IMG/VR virus record: IMGVR_UViG_3300030380_000295
Coordinates: 1-54,166 of that record
Source of the DNA: a virus
Lineage: Duplodnaviria; Caudoviricetes
Length of the DNA stretch: 54,166 nucleotides
Direction: 5' to 3' (one strand)
The notes under the pieces are model-generated. The model ran no database searches, had not been told where the DNA came from, and saw nothing but the letters and a program-made list of their open reading frames with translations. Below, one piece after another: positions 35,478-46,414 of the stretch (position 1 is the stretch's first letter; every line of letters starts with the position of its first letter). Both the position numbers and the translations under genes were made by a program.

Positions 35478-38400
35478 TATATCGTCCTATTCTTTTTTGT
35501 CAATTTTTTGGTAACTTTAAACTGAGCATTGTCAAATAATATGTAGTCGTCATTAGCATGAATACTATCATATCCTAAATCAGTTAAGGTGTTTCGTAAC
35601 TGGGTACTTTGTTTTATATCTAATAAAGGTTTAGTAACTTCTGGAGGATGTTTTGTGAAGTCTTGTATTAATTTTTGAGTGTCAGTATAATCATTTAATA
35701 AATTTTTAACCAGTTGTTTTGCATTTTGTTTATCTAACCTAGACCCGTTAATTAACTTGTCTTGCATTTCTTTGTTGTCTTGTAACAACTTAGTAAACTC
35801 TGAACCTGTTAGTTGATCTTCAGAGATTTGACCAAGCTCAAGAGGATTCACAATACTAAGTTTACCTATATATTTTATTTTCTTACCGCCTGATTTTCTA
35901 GGTTTAGTTGTAGCTCTTGGTCCTATGTTAGCTGCGTATTGTAACTCTTCGTCTAAGACGTTTACTAAGTCTGAGTCTACATATCTTACTACATCTTCTT
36001 TAACTGCTTCGGTAAAGAAGCTTGCTTCAATTTTTTTATACAATGGAGTTTTTAGATCAGACTCAAATATAGGCTCAGCTTTTCTAACTTCTTTAGTTAA
36101 ATGTCTAATTACATCGTCTTTATGTGAATCTTCTGTGAGAGTTCTAACTTGTGTAGCTTTTGTAGTATCAGCAATTTTATTTGCAAGTCCTCCTAAAGCA
36201 AAACCTCTACGATCTTCCACGTCTGTAGCTAAGACTCCTCCTAGTTCTGCGTATGTAAAAGGCATACCTCTTACTTTCTTTTCATCTGGTTCTTCGGAGG
36301 CATTAGGTACATCAACTATACCACCTTTTGCAAAACTGTAATCTCTAGTAGACTGTGCAAATCTACCTTTTTGTTTTCTTTCAGTTCCTGTAGGAAACAT
36401 ACTACCCCAAACAGCTTTGTCAGTTCCTCTACCAGATTTCTTCATAGAGTCTCGGATGTCTTTAGGTAACGCACTATAAAAAGGTACGTTAGTATATAAA
36501 GTTTCAATCAATCCTTTTCTGTACAAGACTGAATCAAAGACATCACTAACAATTGGACCTGTTGGAGTTTTTAAAAGTGCTCCGGCTTGACCACTACCAT
36601 AGGTTGCATTTTGATTAAAACGATACGCATAATCAGCAGGACCTAATCCTCCCCATCTTTGAACAGCTTCTAATACAATCGTACCATCATCTTCTTCTAA
36701 ACTTCTACCTCCACTCCTAACTGCGTTCATAAAGACTGCAATGCTTGTCATAGCTAAAGCTGTACCGGCAATCCTAGCAGAAGTTTGTCGTTTGTTTTCT
36801 ATGAGTCCTTCATTAATCCATCTCTTAAGAATGGTGTTGTTAAATACTGTTGGGTATCCTGCAAACTGAGCTAATATTTGTCCGGCAGGATGTGAGAACC
36901 ATAAAGGTCTGTTAGCTTCTGCAGTTGATGGGTTTAAAATAATTTCTCTTGTAAATCTATTAGCTCCTTTTTGGTAGTGATTTTTGTAAAAAGCAATTTG
37001 TTTGTTTTGTTCGAACTTACCTAAAGAAGAAGCTGTTCCTTGTCCTCTACCCTCATCAAACACTCCATCTTTATCTAAAGACCTTGCGTACCATTCTCTT
37101 GCAAATCTATCGTGAACACCAAGTCCATCTAAATGTTTTTTAATATATTCTTTCTTCGACTTACTTAGTGTCTTAACACCAGTTGCATCTAAATGTAAAT
37201 CTCTAGCGTGTTCTCTAATGATTCTTTTACCAGTTGTAAAAGCTGCTAACTGAACTGAGCCAGTCCATGAAGATAAGAAGTTTGCTTTGAAAAAAGCATT
37301 CTGCATTTTTTTAGCAAGTCCTCCTTCTAAAGCTTCACCAGTTAAACTTTCAATTCTATCCATGACAGCTTGTTCCATAGCTAGTCCGACTTTGTAAGCT
37401 TCTGTCCAATACTCGTCTTGCATATCTGCAAAACCTTTTACTTCTTTACCTCTCACTCGTCTTGCAAAAAACTTAATTTTGTCTATATCTTTTTTAACTC
37501 CTTTAACAATAGACTTTCCTACTTCTTTACTAGCTGCAAACTTACCACCTACTGAATCTATACGAGTTAAAAGTATTAGTGGTTCTGTTAAACTTGATAA
37601 TGTAGCTAACGGAAGGTGAGCCATTTGTTGTGATAGCTTAATAAAATCTAACGCTCCGACACCATATTTATTTTTAATTCTTATTTGATCAGTGTCTAAC
37701 CCAGTAACTCGTTCATGCATTAAACGTAGTCTACGAATTGTTTCGTCTATTTCATCTTCATTAATTTTTTCTTTACGTAATTCATTTCTAATAGGTATTA
37801 AAAATTTTTTTTCAAATGCAGCTTTGGTCTTGCCAAAGAACTGCGTTCTAGTAATGGCACGAGATGCATCAGTTACATAAGCCTCTAATACTTTTTCTAC
37901 ATCATTTTCTAAGTATGGAGCTAAAATATTATCATCTATTTTTGAAAATACTCTGTGTTGTAAAAACTGATGTCCTCCTCCGGCATTGTCTTTTGTTCCA
38001 AACTGAAAAGGTGTATGTCTTTTTTCAAGCATGTTGTTTACAATCTGCGTAGCTTTTAACTCTCTAGCTGCTAGTTTTTGTGTATCAGTTAGTTCTTCAA
38101 ATAAGCTAGTCTTACCTTCGCTAACTTCTTTAACAAAGTCTCTTTCAAATACTTCTTGATCTATCCATCTTGCATCTGCTCGTAACACTTTTTCTTCTTT
38201 ACCTGTAGCTCTCACTGCTTGAATGTAAGAATCCTCGGAGTACATATTTTGTGGGAGAGAATGTTCTGAGTCTTTAATAATATCTATTAATCCATCTTTG
38301 TCTGCTTTAATTTTAGAATGAGAAAAATGTCTTGGAAAGAAATGATCGACAAATTGATCTCTAGTTAATAAGCCTGTTGAAACACCTTCTTCAAATATTT

Positions 38401-39787
38401 CATTTAAAGTTTGTCTAATCTGAATAGCTGATTGTAACACTGCAGGTCCTACATAATCAGCTTTACCAGAGTCTACAAGATTATTAAACTCTTTATTTTT
38501 AAGCCTAAGTAAATAACCTAAATCATCATTTTGTTTTTTATTAAGTGTATTGTTAAAAGCTGTGCGTAGTCCTACTTCTCTATTCAGTGGATTAATTGCT
38601 TCTCTTATTTTAAATAAATACCCATGAGTTCGTTCACTCAATGCTAGTCCATAAGATTCACGTTCTAAACCTTTCGCACCTTCTTTAAATGTACGTGCCC
38701 AATCATATCTAAAGTTTCCTAGTAATCTCTGTAAAGTTTTAGAGTTTTGTGCCATACCAACAAATTGTGTAGTGTATTTACCAAATGTGTTGGCTAATAA
38801 CTGATCTCTCTTTCTTAATCTTTTTTCTTTATCAGATTTGACAACTAATTCATCGGTAGCTTTATCAACTCCAAATGCTTCTTCTTCTATTTTACGATCT
38901 ACCTTTTCAGCTTGTTTGATGATAGCATCTTCATCGGAATATTTACTAATCTTTTCACTAAGTCTTGGAGACATACTTGAGAAAGCTCCAAGTGATCCTC
39001 CAAACACACCACCCAAACCTAATCCAAAAGCACTCGATAAGGCGGTTTGCCCTATATCTATTTGATCTCGTAAATCTAATTCAACGTCTGCTTTTTGTAA
39101 GAAGTAATCATGAGCACCTGCCCACACTGAACCTTCCGCAGCTCCTACAATTGCCGGACGTTTTGCAGCTTGTAAACTATCTGACGTAACTTTTTTCAAA
39201 CCCTGCTTAGCAACTTGTTTTGCTGACAAAGCTGCAGCACTAGACATTCCCGCAGTCGGCACAAAAAATGCAGCAGATAACCAGTTTAAAGGATCAGCAA
39301 TAACATCAACAGCCATATCACCTGCTAACTGTAAATACTGTCGTGTGCTTCCTATTTCAGCATTATCAAAAACATTTCTTAAATATCTGTAGTCTGCTTT
39401 TGCTTCTTCGGACCACCCTTTTATTTGTCCTGATCGTACAAAAGCAGAAGATAATGAAAAATCTGTGTCTCTAAGATACTCAAATATATCTTCATCAGTG
39501 CCAATGCTTTCCATAAATCGTTCAGCACGAGTCTGAAACTCTTCATTTTTTTCAAGTTCATCAAGTGTGTAAGACCTACCAAGTGTAAGAGCTTCTGGAT
39601 TTTTTTGGATTTTATTTCTATAGTCAAGCATAATAGCATCAGAATAAGAAGACTCTTGAGGTCTTTCTGGTTGCTGTTGCATATTAGCGTAAGCACTAAA
39701 ACTAGAATTAGTTGTAGTTTGAGGTTGTGTGGTTGCTAGTGGTTTGTCACGTACAACACTTAAATATTCGTCAAAGATGTCAGCCAT
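35477..39787 (-). CDS. Large internal virion (ejection) protein
   Basis: 1436 aa, helical, in the position typical of podovirus core proteins; C-terminal NPL...GYDSI...YILFD..QFK tail. Confidence 0.7.
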   Translation of the reverse strand: MADIFDEYLSVVRDKPLATTQPQTTTNSSFSAYANMQQQPERPQESSYSDAIMLDYRNKIQKNPEALTLGRSYTLDELEKNEEFQTRAERFMESIGTDEDIFEYLRDTDFSLSSAFVRSGQIKGWSEEAKADYRYLRNVFDNAEIGSTRQYLQLAGDMAVDVIADPLNWLSAAFFVPTAGMSSAAALSAKQVAKQGLKKVTSDSLQAAKRPAIVGAAEGSVWAGAHDYFLQKADVELDLRDQIDIGQTALSSAFGLGLGGVFGGSLGAFSSMSPRLSEKISKYSDEDAIIKQAEKVDRKIEEEAFGVDKATDELVVKSDKEKRLRKRDQLLANTFGKYTTQFVGMAQNSKTLQRLLGNFRYDWARTFKEGAKGLERESYGLALSERTHGYLFKIREAINPLNREVGLRTAFNNTLNKKQNDDLGYLLRLKNKEFNNLVDSGKADYVGPAVLQSAIQIRQTLNEIFEEGVSTGLLTRDQFVDHFFPRHFSHSKIKADKDGLIDIIKDSEHSLPQNMYSEDSYIQAVRATGKEEKVLRADARWIDQEVFERDFVKEVSEGKTSLFEELTDTQKLAARELKATQIVNNMLEKRHTPFQFGTKDNAGGGHQFLQHRVFSKIDDNILAPYLENDVEKVLEAYVTDASRAITRTQFFGKTKAAFEKKFLIPIRNELRKEKINEDEIDETIRRLRLMHERVTGLDTDQIRIKNKYGVGALDFIKLSQQMAHLPLATLSSLTEPLILLTRIDSVGGKFAASKEVGKSIVKGVKKDIDKIKFFARRVRGKEVKGFADMQDEYWTEAYKVGLAMEQAVMDRIESLTGEALEGGLAKKMQNAFFKANFLSSWTGSVQLAAFTTGKRIIREHARDLHLDATGVKTLSKSKKEYIKKHLDGLGVHDRFAREWYARSLDKDGVFDEGRGQGTASSLGKFEQNKQIAFYKNHYQKGANRFTREIILNPSTAEANRPLWFSHPAGQILAQFAGYPTVFNNTILKRWINEGLIENKRQTSARIAGTALAMTSIAVFMNAVRSGGRSLEEDDGTIVLEAVQRWGGLGPADYAYRFNQNATYGSGQAGALLKTPTGPIVSDVFDSVLYRKGLIETLYTNVPFYSALPKDIRDSMKKSGRGTDKAVWGSMFPTGTERKQKGRFAQSTRDYSFAKGGIVDVPNASEEPDEKKVRGMPFTYAELGGVLATDVEDRRGFALGGLANKIADTTKATQVRTLTEDSHKDDVIRHLTKEVRKAEPIFESDLKTPLYKKIEASFFTEAVKEDVVRYVDSDLVNVLDEELQYAANIGPRATTKPRKSGGKKIKYIGKLSIVNPLELGQISEDQLTGSEFTKLLQDNKEMQDKLINGSRLDKQNAKQLVKNLLNDYTDTQKLIQDFTKHPPEVTKPLLDIKQSTQLRNTLTDLGYDSIHANDDYILFDNAQFKVTKKLTKKNRTI

Positions 39788-42364
39788 TTAATTTAAAAAA
39801 TAAGGTTTAAATATTTTTCTTGCACGTTCTACGGTAGCTTTATCTGTCCTATCTGTATGATGTTTTTCAAGATATAAATCTAAAGCTGCTTCGTATTGTT
39901 CTTGAGGAGTTGTAGCATTTAATAATCTTTTAAACAACACATCCGAACCATCAGCTTCAAACAAGTTTGCCAGTATTAATTCTTGTTGAACTTCCGGTGA
40001 TAACTGTCTAGCTATAGAATCTTTACTTTGAAATTCTCGTTTTGCAATTTTTTGTAATTCTGACTTAATTGTTTCTTCGGGTGTTTGTTTCGCTTCTAGT
40101 CTACTTCTTTCTTCTGCAATTAATTTATTAATTCTATCATCATTATCTTTGATTGCTTGAGTTTGTGGTAAAGTTGGTAGATTGTTTTGTTTTCTAATAT
40201 TATTTGCTCTATTAACTGCAGTAACTAAAGAGTCTTTAAGAAACTGTCCTGCTCCTACAGCAGTAGAATTAGCAGTTGGATTTATTGCATCGTAGTTAAA
40301 ATCGCTTTCTACCTCAATAATTGCTTGGAGTAATTGATTTGTAACAAGGTTAGCTTTTTCCATAGGTTGATTTAATCTACCCGAACTAAAACTCCATTCA
40401 ATAACAGGAGTAACAGACTCTATGTTTATACTAGGGTCTAGTTCAACTAGATTTTTTTTTTGATCCTCTACTTGAGGATTAGTAAGCTGTTCTTCTAACT
40501 CTTGTCTTTCTTCTTTTAAGTCGTCAAGTTTTTCTAATTGAGCATCGTATCTGTCTTGAGGTAAGTTTTGTTCTAATTGTGGAAGTCTATCTTCAAGACT
40601 TTGAATTTGAATATCAAGCCTGTCCATTTGAGATCGTAACTCTCTACCCTGTATTGGGTCTTGTAATCTTCCTAAATCAAATTCACTGAATCTTCTAATT
40701 TGTGATTCCATGTTTGCGATATCTCTAGGCGAAGCAGGTCTTGTTTGTCTTTTACCAGTAAAGTCTACAGTTGTTACTACTTTGTTTTCAATATCTTGTT
40801 TCAACTGTTCAATTCTAACAGTATTCATACGTGTAGCTTGTATTTGATTTGGACCTAGTAATGCTTCGTTAGCTACAAGTTCACGAACTTCTTCTTTAGA
40901 AATTGATAAAGGAACTTGGTCGTACAAAGAGTTAATTAACTCACTTTTTGTATTTGGGTCTAAAGGTGTTTTTACAATTCGATTGACTTCATCAACAACA
41001 GCTTTTATTTGTTCTTCATCTGTAGCTTTACTAAACTCTTCTGTTACTTTATAACCTTTAGAACTAATTTCAATTTTAGGTCTTAAAAGTTTATCAAACG
41101 GTCTAGTGTCAATGGTAAACTCTTCTCCAACAAAAGGTGATATTTTACCAACACCACTTCGATCTGTAACTAATTGTTGAATAGTATATGAATTACTAAA
41201 TAATCTTAGAGTAATATCATCATTTAGATTACGTTCCATTTGTCTATACTCATCACTAGCCGGATCAAGTTTTAAAATATCTTTTAAAAATTCTTCTTTA
41301 AATCCTCTTTCATCTCGCAGTTTTAAATATAAACCAGTAGAGTTATTTAAAAATTGTTCTTTAAAAAATCCATTATCAGGGTCGTTTAAGTAAGCATTAA
41401 ACTCTCCCATCCTTACTCCACCTGCAATTTTTTCTCGGTGTTTCATATAGCTAGGAAGGTCTTTTTCTGCAAAGGGTCTGAGTGTTTGATCTCTTTTTAA
41501 TAATACATCACCCTTACGTAGACGAGCTTCTAAGTCTTGTAAAGAATTTATCATTGAAGTTTGTGTTGCTTCATCTCCTTTATCATCCCATCTCATTGAT
41601 GTGTTTCTAAAGTTTGTGTAGGACTCTTGAAATGCTTTGTCTAAGCCTAAATTTGTTACAGTCTTCTGTAATCCTTGTAATGAGTTTACTTCAGATAATT
41701 TTTTATCCCAGACACTACCTTCTCTTTTTCTACCAACAGTTAGTAGTGATCTTAAATTATTAATGTCAAAAATACTCCCACCCATATTACGTTGTAATTC
41801 TTTTGACTTTTTAGTTAGCTGAATATTAAGATCAGCTTCTGAACCTAAACCTAGTTGTTTACTACTAACACCAAAATCTTTTATTCCTGAACTCCAGTCT
41901 TTTTGATTAGCTAATAAATTTTTTATTTGATCTGCTTTATATAATTCGTAATGTCTTATTTTATCTCCGGCACTTAAAACTTTATCTCCACCTTCTGATT
42001 TTAATTGTCGTTCATAAATAGGAGAATAAATTTTATCAAAATCGTTTTGGAATGTTTCATTTCCATATGCTGAATCAAAATCAGTAATCTTATGTTGTTC
42101 AAATGGGTCATATAGTTGAGCAGCAGTTTGTATTTTTTTATGATAAAGTTTAGAATTAATCATATTTAACTCATTGTTATCTTTCATTTCTGTCATTCTA
42201 CGTTTTAACGCACTATTGACTAAACTTTGTCCGGCAACAAGCGTTCCTAAAACCATAAGTTTTTTCTGATCTTTTCTTCTTCGTTTGTCAGCTTTTTCTT
42301 GACGTGATCTTTGTTGACTTAGTAAAGATTCACCAATACTTTCTATGCTTTCTCTTTCTGCCAT
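39788..42364 (-). CDS. Internal virion protein with a C-terminal lytic transglycosylase-like domain
   Basis: LLQAIIEVESDFNYDAINP...TAVGAGQFL matches SLT motifs I and II. Confidence 0.7.
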   Translation of the reverse strand: MAERESIESIGESLLSQQRSRQEKADKRRRKDQKKLMVLGTLVAGQSLVNSALKRRMTEMKDNNELNMINSKLYHKKIQTAAQLYDPFEQHKITDFDSAYGNETFQNDFDKIYSPIYERQLKSEGGDKVLSAGDKIRHYELYKADQIKNLLANQKDWSSGIKDFGVSSKQLGLGSEADLNIQLTKKSKELQRNMGGSIFDINNLRSLLTVGRKREGSVWDKKLSEVNSLQGLQKTVTNLGLDKAFQESYTNFRNTSMRWDDKGDEATQTSMINSLQDLEARLRKGDVLLKRDQTLRPFAEKDLPSYMKHREKIAGGVRMGEFNAYLNDPDNGFFKEQFLNNSTGLYLKLRDERGFKEEFLKDILKLDPASDEYRQMERNLNDDITLRLFSNSYTIQQLVTDRSGVGKISPFVGEEFTIDTRPFDKLLRPKIEISSKGYKVTEEFSKATDEEQIKAVVDEVNRIVKTPLDPNTKSELINSLYDQVPLSISKEEVRELVANEALLGPNQIQATRMNTVRIEQLKQDIENKVVTTVDFTGKRQTRPASPRDIANMESQIRRFSEFDLGRLQDPIQGRELRSQMDRLDIQIQSLEDRLPQLEQNLPQDRYDAQLEKLDDLKEERQELEEQLTNPQVEDQKKNLVELDPSINIESVTPVIEWSFSSGRLNQPMEKANLVTNQLLQAIIEVESDFNYDAINPTANSTAVGAGQFLKDSLVTAVNRANNIRKQNNLPTLPQTQAIKDNDDRINKLIAEERSRLEAKQTPEETIKSELQKIAKREFQSKDSIARQLSPEVQQELILANLFEADGSDVLFKRLLNATTPQEQYEAALDLYLEKHHTDRTDKATVERARKIFKPYFLN

Positions 42365-42366
42365 TA

Positions 42367-42978
42367 TTATTTCCTTTCTAATAAACTTTCAGTTGGTTGT
42401 CTTTCAGGTTTTGCAAGTAAACTTTGTTTAATACCTTCAAAGTCTACATCTTCTAATCGTTGTTTTATTTCTTGTGGTATTTCTGTTCGAGCTAAATCAT
42501 CTTGTAATTTTTCTAACGCTTTAGGATTCCTTAAAACAGCTTCTTTGTTTTTCAACAGCTCCTCTGTTGCTGTATTGTCTTCTGGTGTTATATCTTCTGG
42601 ATCATCACCATCATCAGTATTAATAACTGGATCAACACCTACGTTTTCACATAAAGCTAATAACATATACATTACAGGCTCAGCAAGCAACATCATCATG
42701 TCAGGATTAAATTGTCCTTTACTGTATCCTATAAACAAAAGCATTTCTGTAACTTTAGCAACACTCATCCCATCATCTAATAAATTTATAATAGGTTCTA
42801 AGTTTTCTTGTTTAAGAATTTCAAGAAACACAGCTTCTCTAGCTTCTTTAATATTTGTATAAACAGGAGGTTGTTCCCAAGGTTGTCTAGCATCAGGACT
42901 GTTTGTTAAGGACTGTCCGGGGATTGGTCCTTGAAAAGGATTATATTCGTTTAATGCTTGTTGATTTAATTCTGCCAT
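42367..42978 (-). CDS. Virion-associated hypothetical protein
   Basis: 203 aa; PIPGQSLT..P....PWEQPP motif. Confidence 0.7.
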   Translation of the reverse strand: MAELNQQALNEYNPFQGPIPGQSLTNSPDARQPWEQPPVYTNIKEAREAVFLEILKQENLEPIINLLDDGMSVAKVTEMLLFIGYSKGQFNPDMMMLLAEPVMYMLLALCENVGVDPVINTDDGDDPEDITPEDNTATEELLKNKEAVLRNPKALEKLQDDLARTEIPQEIKQRLEDVDFEGIKQSLLAKPERQPTESLLERK

Positions 42979-42979
42979 C

Positions 42980-43993
42980 TTATGATGCTCCTCTTATGCC
43001 CATAGACTCGTATAACCATTGATCATACCCGTACCCATATCCCGGAGTTGCACTTGGATCAAAACCTTGTCCAAAGCCATAATGATTATTCCAAGTATTT
43101 TGAGCATTTGACATATTGTTAATATATGATTGATTGTAATCATAACTCCATGTAGGAGCTGTCATGTTATAGATTCCTCCTTGATCAGTCGTAGGACCTA
43201 ACAGATCAGATGCATAGATGTTAGTTCCTCCTGTAGTTCCAAGTTCTTCCTGACCAGAGCCAATAACTCCATATTGACCAAGAGTTGATGCTGTACCTAA
43301 TGCTGTACTTCCAACACTAGCTGCATCACCAACTGTACCTACTATTGGAATTTCGGTGTCTCCAATCTTTTTCATTGTGTCTTTAACTTTACCTGCAACT
43401 CCCGGACTAGTTTCAGGTTTAGGAGTATCTGTTGCATCAGGTGTAGTAGTAGTAACTTCATCAATCTTAGGAGGTGTATAACCTAAAATATTACCTTTTC
43501 CTTCCTGAATATTTGCAATTCTCTCTACACCTTCGTTTGAATAATCAAATTTAAATACACTATTTACATCTCGATTATTCCAACTGTTTGTAAATTCTTC
43601 TCCAAATCTACTAAACCAACTACCGCCTGCTTCAGAAGTACTTGCACTAGTTAAAGCATCAAAGCCTGCTCCTAATCCATTCGTAATTGTACTAAAGATT
43701 TTTTTAGGTGCAGAAGCTACATAATTAATTGCATTGCCTACAAACTTAACAGCAGTTCCGACAGCAGTTCCAAAAGCACCAGATGCTCCTGCTGCAATAT
43801 TAGCTCCAAATCCTGCCATTAACTGTCCAATTCCCGGCATCACCATCATCATAGCAATACTACCAAGTGGACCTAGCTTTCCAAATACTTTAGCAAAAGG
43901 TTTTAAAACTGATTTAAAAGCTTTACCAATCTTTCTACCAATCTTTTTAATTCCTCTTCCAATTTGCTTTATTTTTTTTCTTAAAAATCCCAT
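42980..43993 (-). CDS. Putative DNA pilot / ejection protein
   Basis: Basic amphipathic N-terminus followed by a Gly/Ala-rich hydrophobic segment. Confidence 0.6.
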   Translation of the reverse strand: MGFLRKKIKQIGRGIKKIGRKIGKAFKSVLKPFAKVFGKLGPLGSIAMMMVMPGIGQLMAGFGANIAAGASGAFGTAVGTAVKFVGNAINYVASAPKKIFSTITNGLGAGFDALTSASTSEAGGSWFSRFGEEFTNSWNNRDVNSVFKFDYSNEGVERIANIQEGKGNILGYTPPKIDEVTTTTPDATDTPKPETSPGVAGKVKDTMKKIGDTEIPIVGTVGDAASVGSTALGTASTLGQYGVIGSGQEELGTTGGTNIYASDLLGPTTDQGGIYNMTAPTWSYDYNQSYINNMSNAQNTWNNHYGFGQGFDPSATPGYGYGYDQWLYESMGIRGAS

Positions 43994-44002
43994 ACTAATA
44001 TC

Positions 44003-46414
44003 CTATGTTAAAAATCCATCTAATAGTTGCTTACCTGCATTCATATACTTTGTCCAGTCACCACCTTCGTAGTTTCCACTTTCATTACCAAGCATTGCTA
44101 TATACATTGCAGACTTTCGTTGCTCGTAATTATCAGCAGACCTAAATGCATAATCAGCTTGATCTCTTAACTCTTGCCACATAAAAGCTTGAGCTTGCTG
44201 AGATAAACCAAATGCATTCTGAGCGTTCTGTTGATTAACAGCATTAACTGCTGCAGTGTTTGCAGTATTAAGTTGTCTTCTCCATTTAACGTCAGCTTGT
44301 AATACAGCTTGAGTATTCTGAGCATTCCACTGATTCCTTGCAAAATCTTGTTGTGAATTAAATTGATCTATCTGTGCTTTCATTTGTGCATCAGCCTGTG
44401 CAATACCAATTTCATTCTGAACTCTTCTAGCTTCTGCTGAGTTTTGTTGAGCAGTATTAAACTGTTCCATCGCATTTGCTTGAGAAGCGTTGAACTGTTG
44501 ATTTTGTTGATACAAGTTAGCCATAAACTGATTAGTTTGATTCTGACTTGTTGAATTAAATTGTTCTGCTGCATTTGTTGCTGCTTGATTGCTTAATAAT
44601 CTTTGTTGTTCTTGTTGAGCTTTTAATACTTCTGTCTGTTGTCTATTACTTAAGTTAGCCATGTCCATGCTTAAAAAAGCTTGAGCATTCTGTGCTGATA
44701 GTTTTGTGTTACTATCGAGCGTTGCTAAATCTAACTGAGCTAGGGAAGCTGCTTCTTGTATTACAGCTTGTTGCTGATTACTTGCATTTGTTAATGCAAC
44801 TGTTTGTAAAAATTTACTATTACTTAACTGAGTTTGTTGATCAGCACTAAACTGTGCCATATTCATATTAAAGACGTTTGAAGCATTTGTCAAGGCTGTT
44901 TGCTGTCTCATTTGAGCATTTTGTATTTCAGCCTGTGCTTCTATACCTTTTTGTTGAGATACAGATTGTTGTATAGCCTGTGCATTAGACTGAGCTAAAG
45001 GCATGGCTGACTGTATAATTGCATTAAATAATGCATCTCTTCCAACAGTCGATGTATCTAAACCTCTTGATGCCATCATTTGATTAACAGCCGATACAGC
45101 AGGTCTAGCCCATGTAGGAATTTCTCCACTGTCTAATCCTTTAAGAAGATTATCCATCTGAGTACTAACTAAAGCATCTTCAGGAAGACCTTCAATCATT
45201 CCTCGTTCTTCTTCCGTAAAGTCCATTAACCTAGCTTCTAAGTCTTCTGGATCATTACCTATAGCTTCTATTTGATCTTCGGTAAGTCCTGCATTTCGTA
45301 ATTGTTTTTTAGCTCTTAATACTTTTGGTAAATCTAAACCTTGGACAGCTTGTTCAGGTGCTATAGCTCCATCAGATAAAACACCAACAACTCTGTCTGC
45401 TAAAGCTTGATTAGCTGCTTCATCTTCTACAGTAACTCCAGTAGCTGCTTTAGTTAAAGCTTGAGACTGCATGCCTGCAATAGCTTCTTTACTAAGGTTA
45501 CCTGTTTGTGCGTTTATAACAGGAGCTTCTTTTATTTGATCAGCCGAGTATGTACTTGCTTTAATTCTTCTAGCATCTCCTGCTCCTTTAACTGTACCGG
45601 TAACTACAGTTTCTGAAGGTATTTCTTCATCTTCTCCAAAGATTGTAGTCGTTCCTACTTTAGTAGGCTCTGCCATTGATACAACTTCACTAGCAGGTCC
45701 TTCCTCTATCATCTGAGGTTGAGCTATTTGAGGCATGTCTAACGTACCTGCTTTAGCAGCTTCTAAATCTGTTGCTGATCTTTCATATCTTTGTTGTCTT
45801 GCTAACTCTTGTTCAGGTGTTAAGTATTGTTGGAAACCCACATCTGGAACAATCCATCCTCTTTCGGTATAAATTTGTGTTTGTCCATCAACGACTTGTG
45901 TGTCTCCTACTTGTGGTCCTGCATCTGTAGGAGTTGGAGTAGGAGTAGGTGTAGGACTTGGACTAGGGCTTGGACTAGGTGAAGGTGAATAGTCAAAATA
46001 CTCTTCTTCGTCTGGACGAGGATTGTAACCTGTAAAAATTTCTCTTTCTCTATCAATATCAGAAAAATCATCTAGAGTCTTTGTCGTATTTGTTGTCGTA
46101 GTCATATCTTCAGTTGTTTGATTGTTTTCTGTAGTAGTAGTAGCTGTAGGTGCAGGACTAGGTGCAGGACTAGGTGCAGGACTAGGTGCAGGACTAGGTG
46201 CAGGACTAGGTGCAGGACTAGGTGCAGGTGTTGGTGCAGGAGTTGGAGCAGGAGTTGCAGTCTTTTTTTCTTCTTTACTAAATGGTCCAAAACCTGTATC
46301 CATAAACTCTCGTTCAAAGACTCTATTGCCTTCACGATATCCTACACGACCACCTAAACGATAGTCTTGTCTTTTAGGAGTATAACGCTTTCTATGTTTA
46401 GTTTTATTCTTCAT
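44003..46414 (-). CDS. Gln/Asn-rich internal virion protein with Pro-rich repeats
   Basis: 803 aa; N..A.N...QFN repeats; PAPS and SP/TP tracts. Confidence 0.7.
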   Translation of the reverse strand: MKNKTKHRKRYTPKRQDYRLGGRVGYREGNRVFEREFMDTGFGPFSKEEKKTATPAPTPAPTPAPSPAPSPAPSPAPSPAPSPAPSPAPTATTTTENNQTTEDMTTTTNTTKTLDDFSDIDREREIFTGYNPRPDEEEYFDYSPSPSPSPSPSPTPTPTPTPTDAGPQVGDTQVVDGQTQIYTERGWIVPDVGFQQYLTPEQELARQQRYERSATDLEAAKAGTLDMPQIAQPQMIEEGPASEVVSMAEPTKVGTTTIFGEDEEIPSETVVTGTVKGAGDARRIKASTYSADQIKEAPVINAQTGNLSKEAIAGMQSQALTKAATGVTVEDEAANQALADRVVGVLSDGAIAPEQAVQGLDLPKVLRAKKQLRNAGLTEDQIEAIGNDPEDLEARLMDFTEEERGMIEGLPEDALVSTQMDNLLKGLDSGEIPTWARPAVSAVNQMMASRGLDTSTVGRDALFNAIIQSAMPLAQSNAQAIQQSVSQQKGIEAQAEIQNAQMRQQTALTNASNVFNMNMAQFSADQQTQLSNSKFLQTVALTNASNQQQAVIQEAASLAQLDLATLDSNTKLSAQNAQAFLSMDMANLSNRQQTEVLKAQQEQQRLLSNQAATNAAEQFNSTSQNQTNQFMANLYQQNQQFNASQANAMEQFNTAQQNSAEARRVQNEIGIAQADAQMKAQIDQFNSQQDFARNQWNAQNTQAVLQADVKWRRQLNTANTAAVNAVNQQNAQNAFGLSQQAQAFMWQELRDQADYAFRSADNYEQRKSAMYIAMLGNESGNYEGGDWTKYMNAGKQLLDGFLT
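46147..46228. repeat. Perfect 12-bp tandem repeat (TAGGTGCAGGAC, about 6.8 copies) encoding (PAPS)n
   Basis: Directly visible; degenerate copies continue to about 46258. Confidence 0.95.

Noticed and set aside
46147-46258. Possible CRISPR array
   Set aside because: Contiguous 12-bp units with no spacers, in frame within a CDS.
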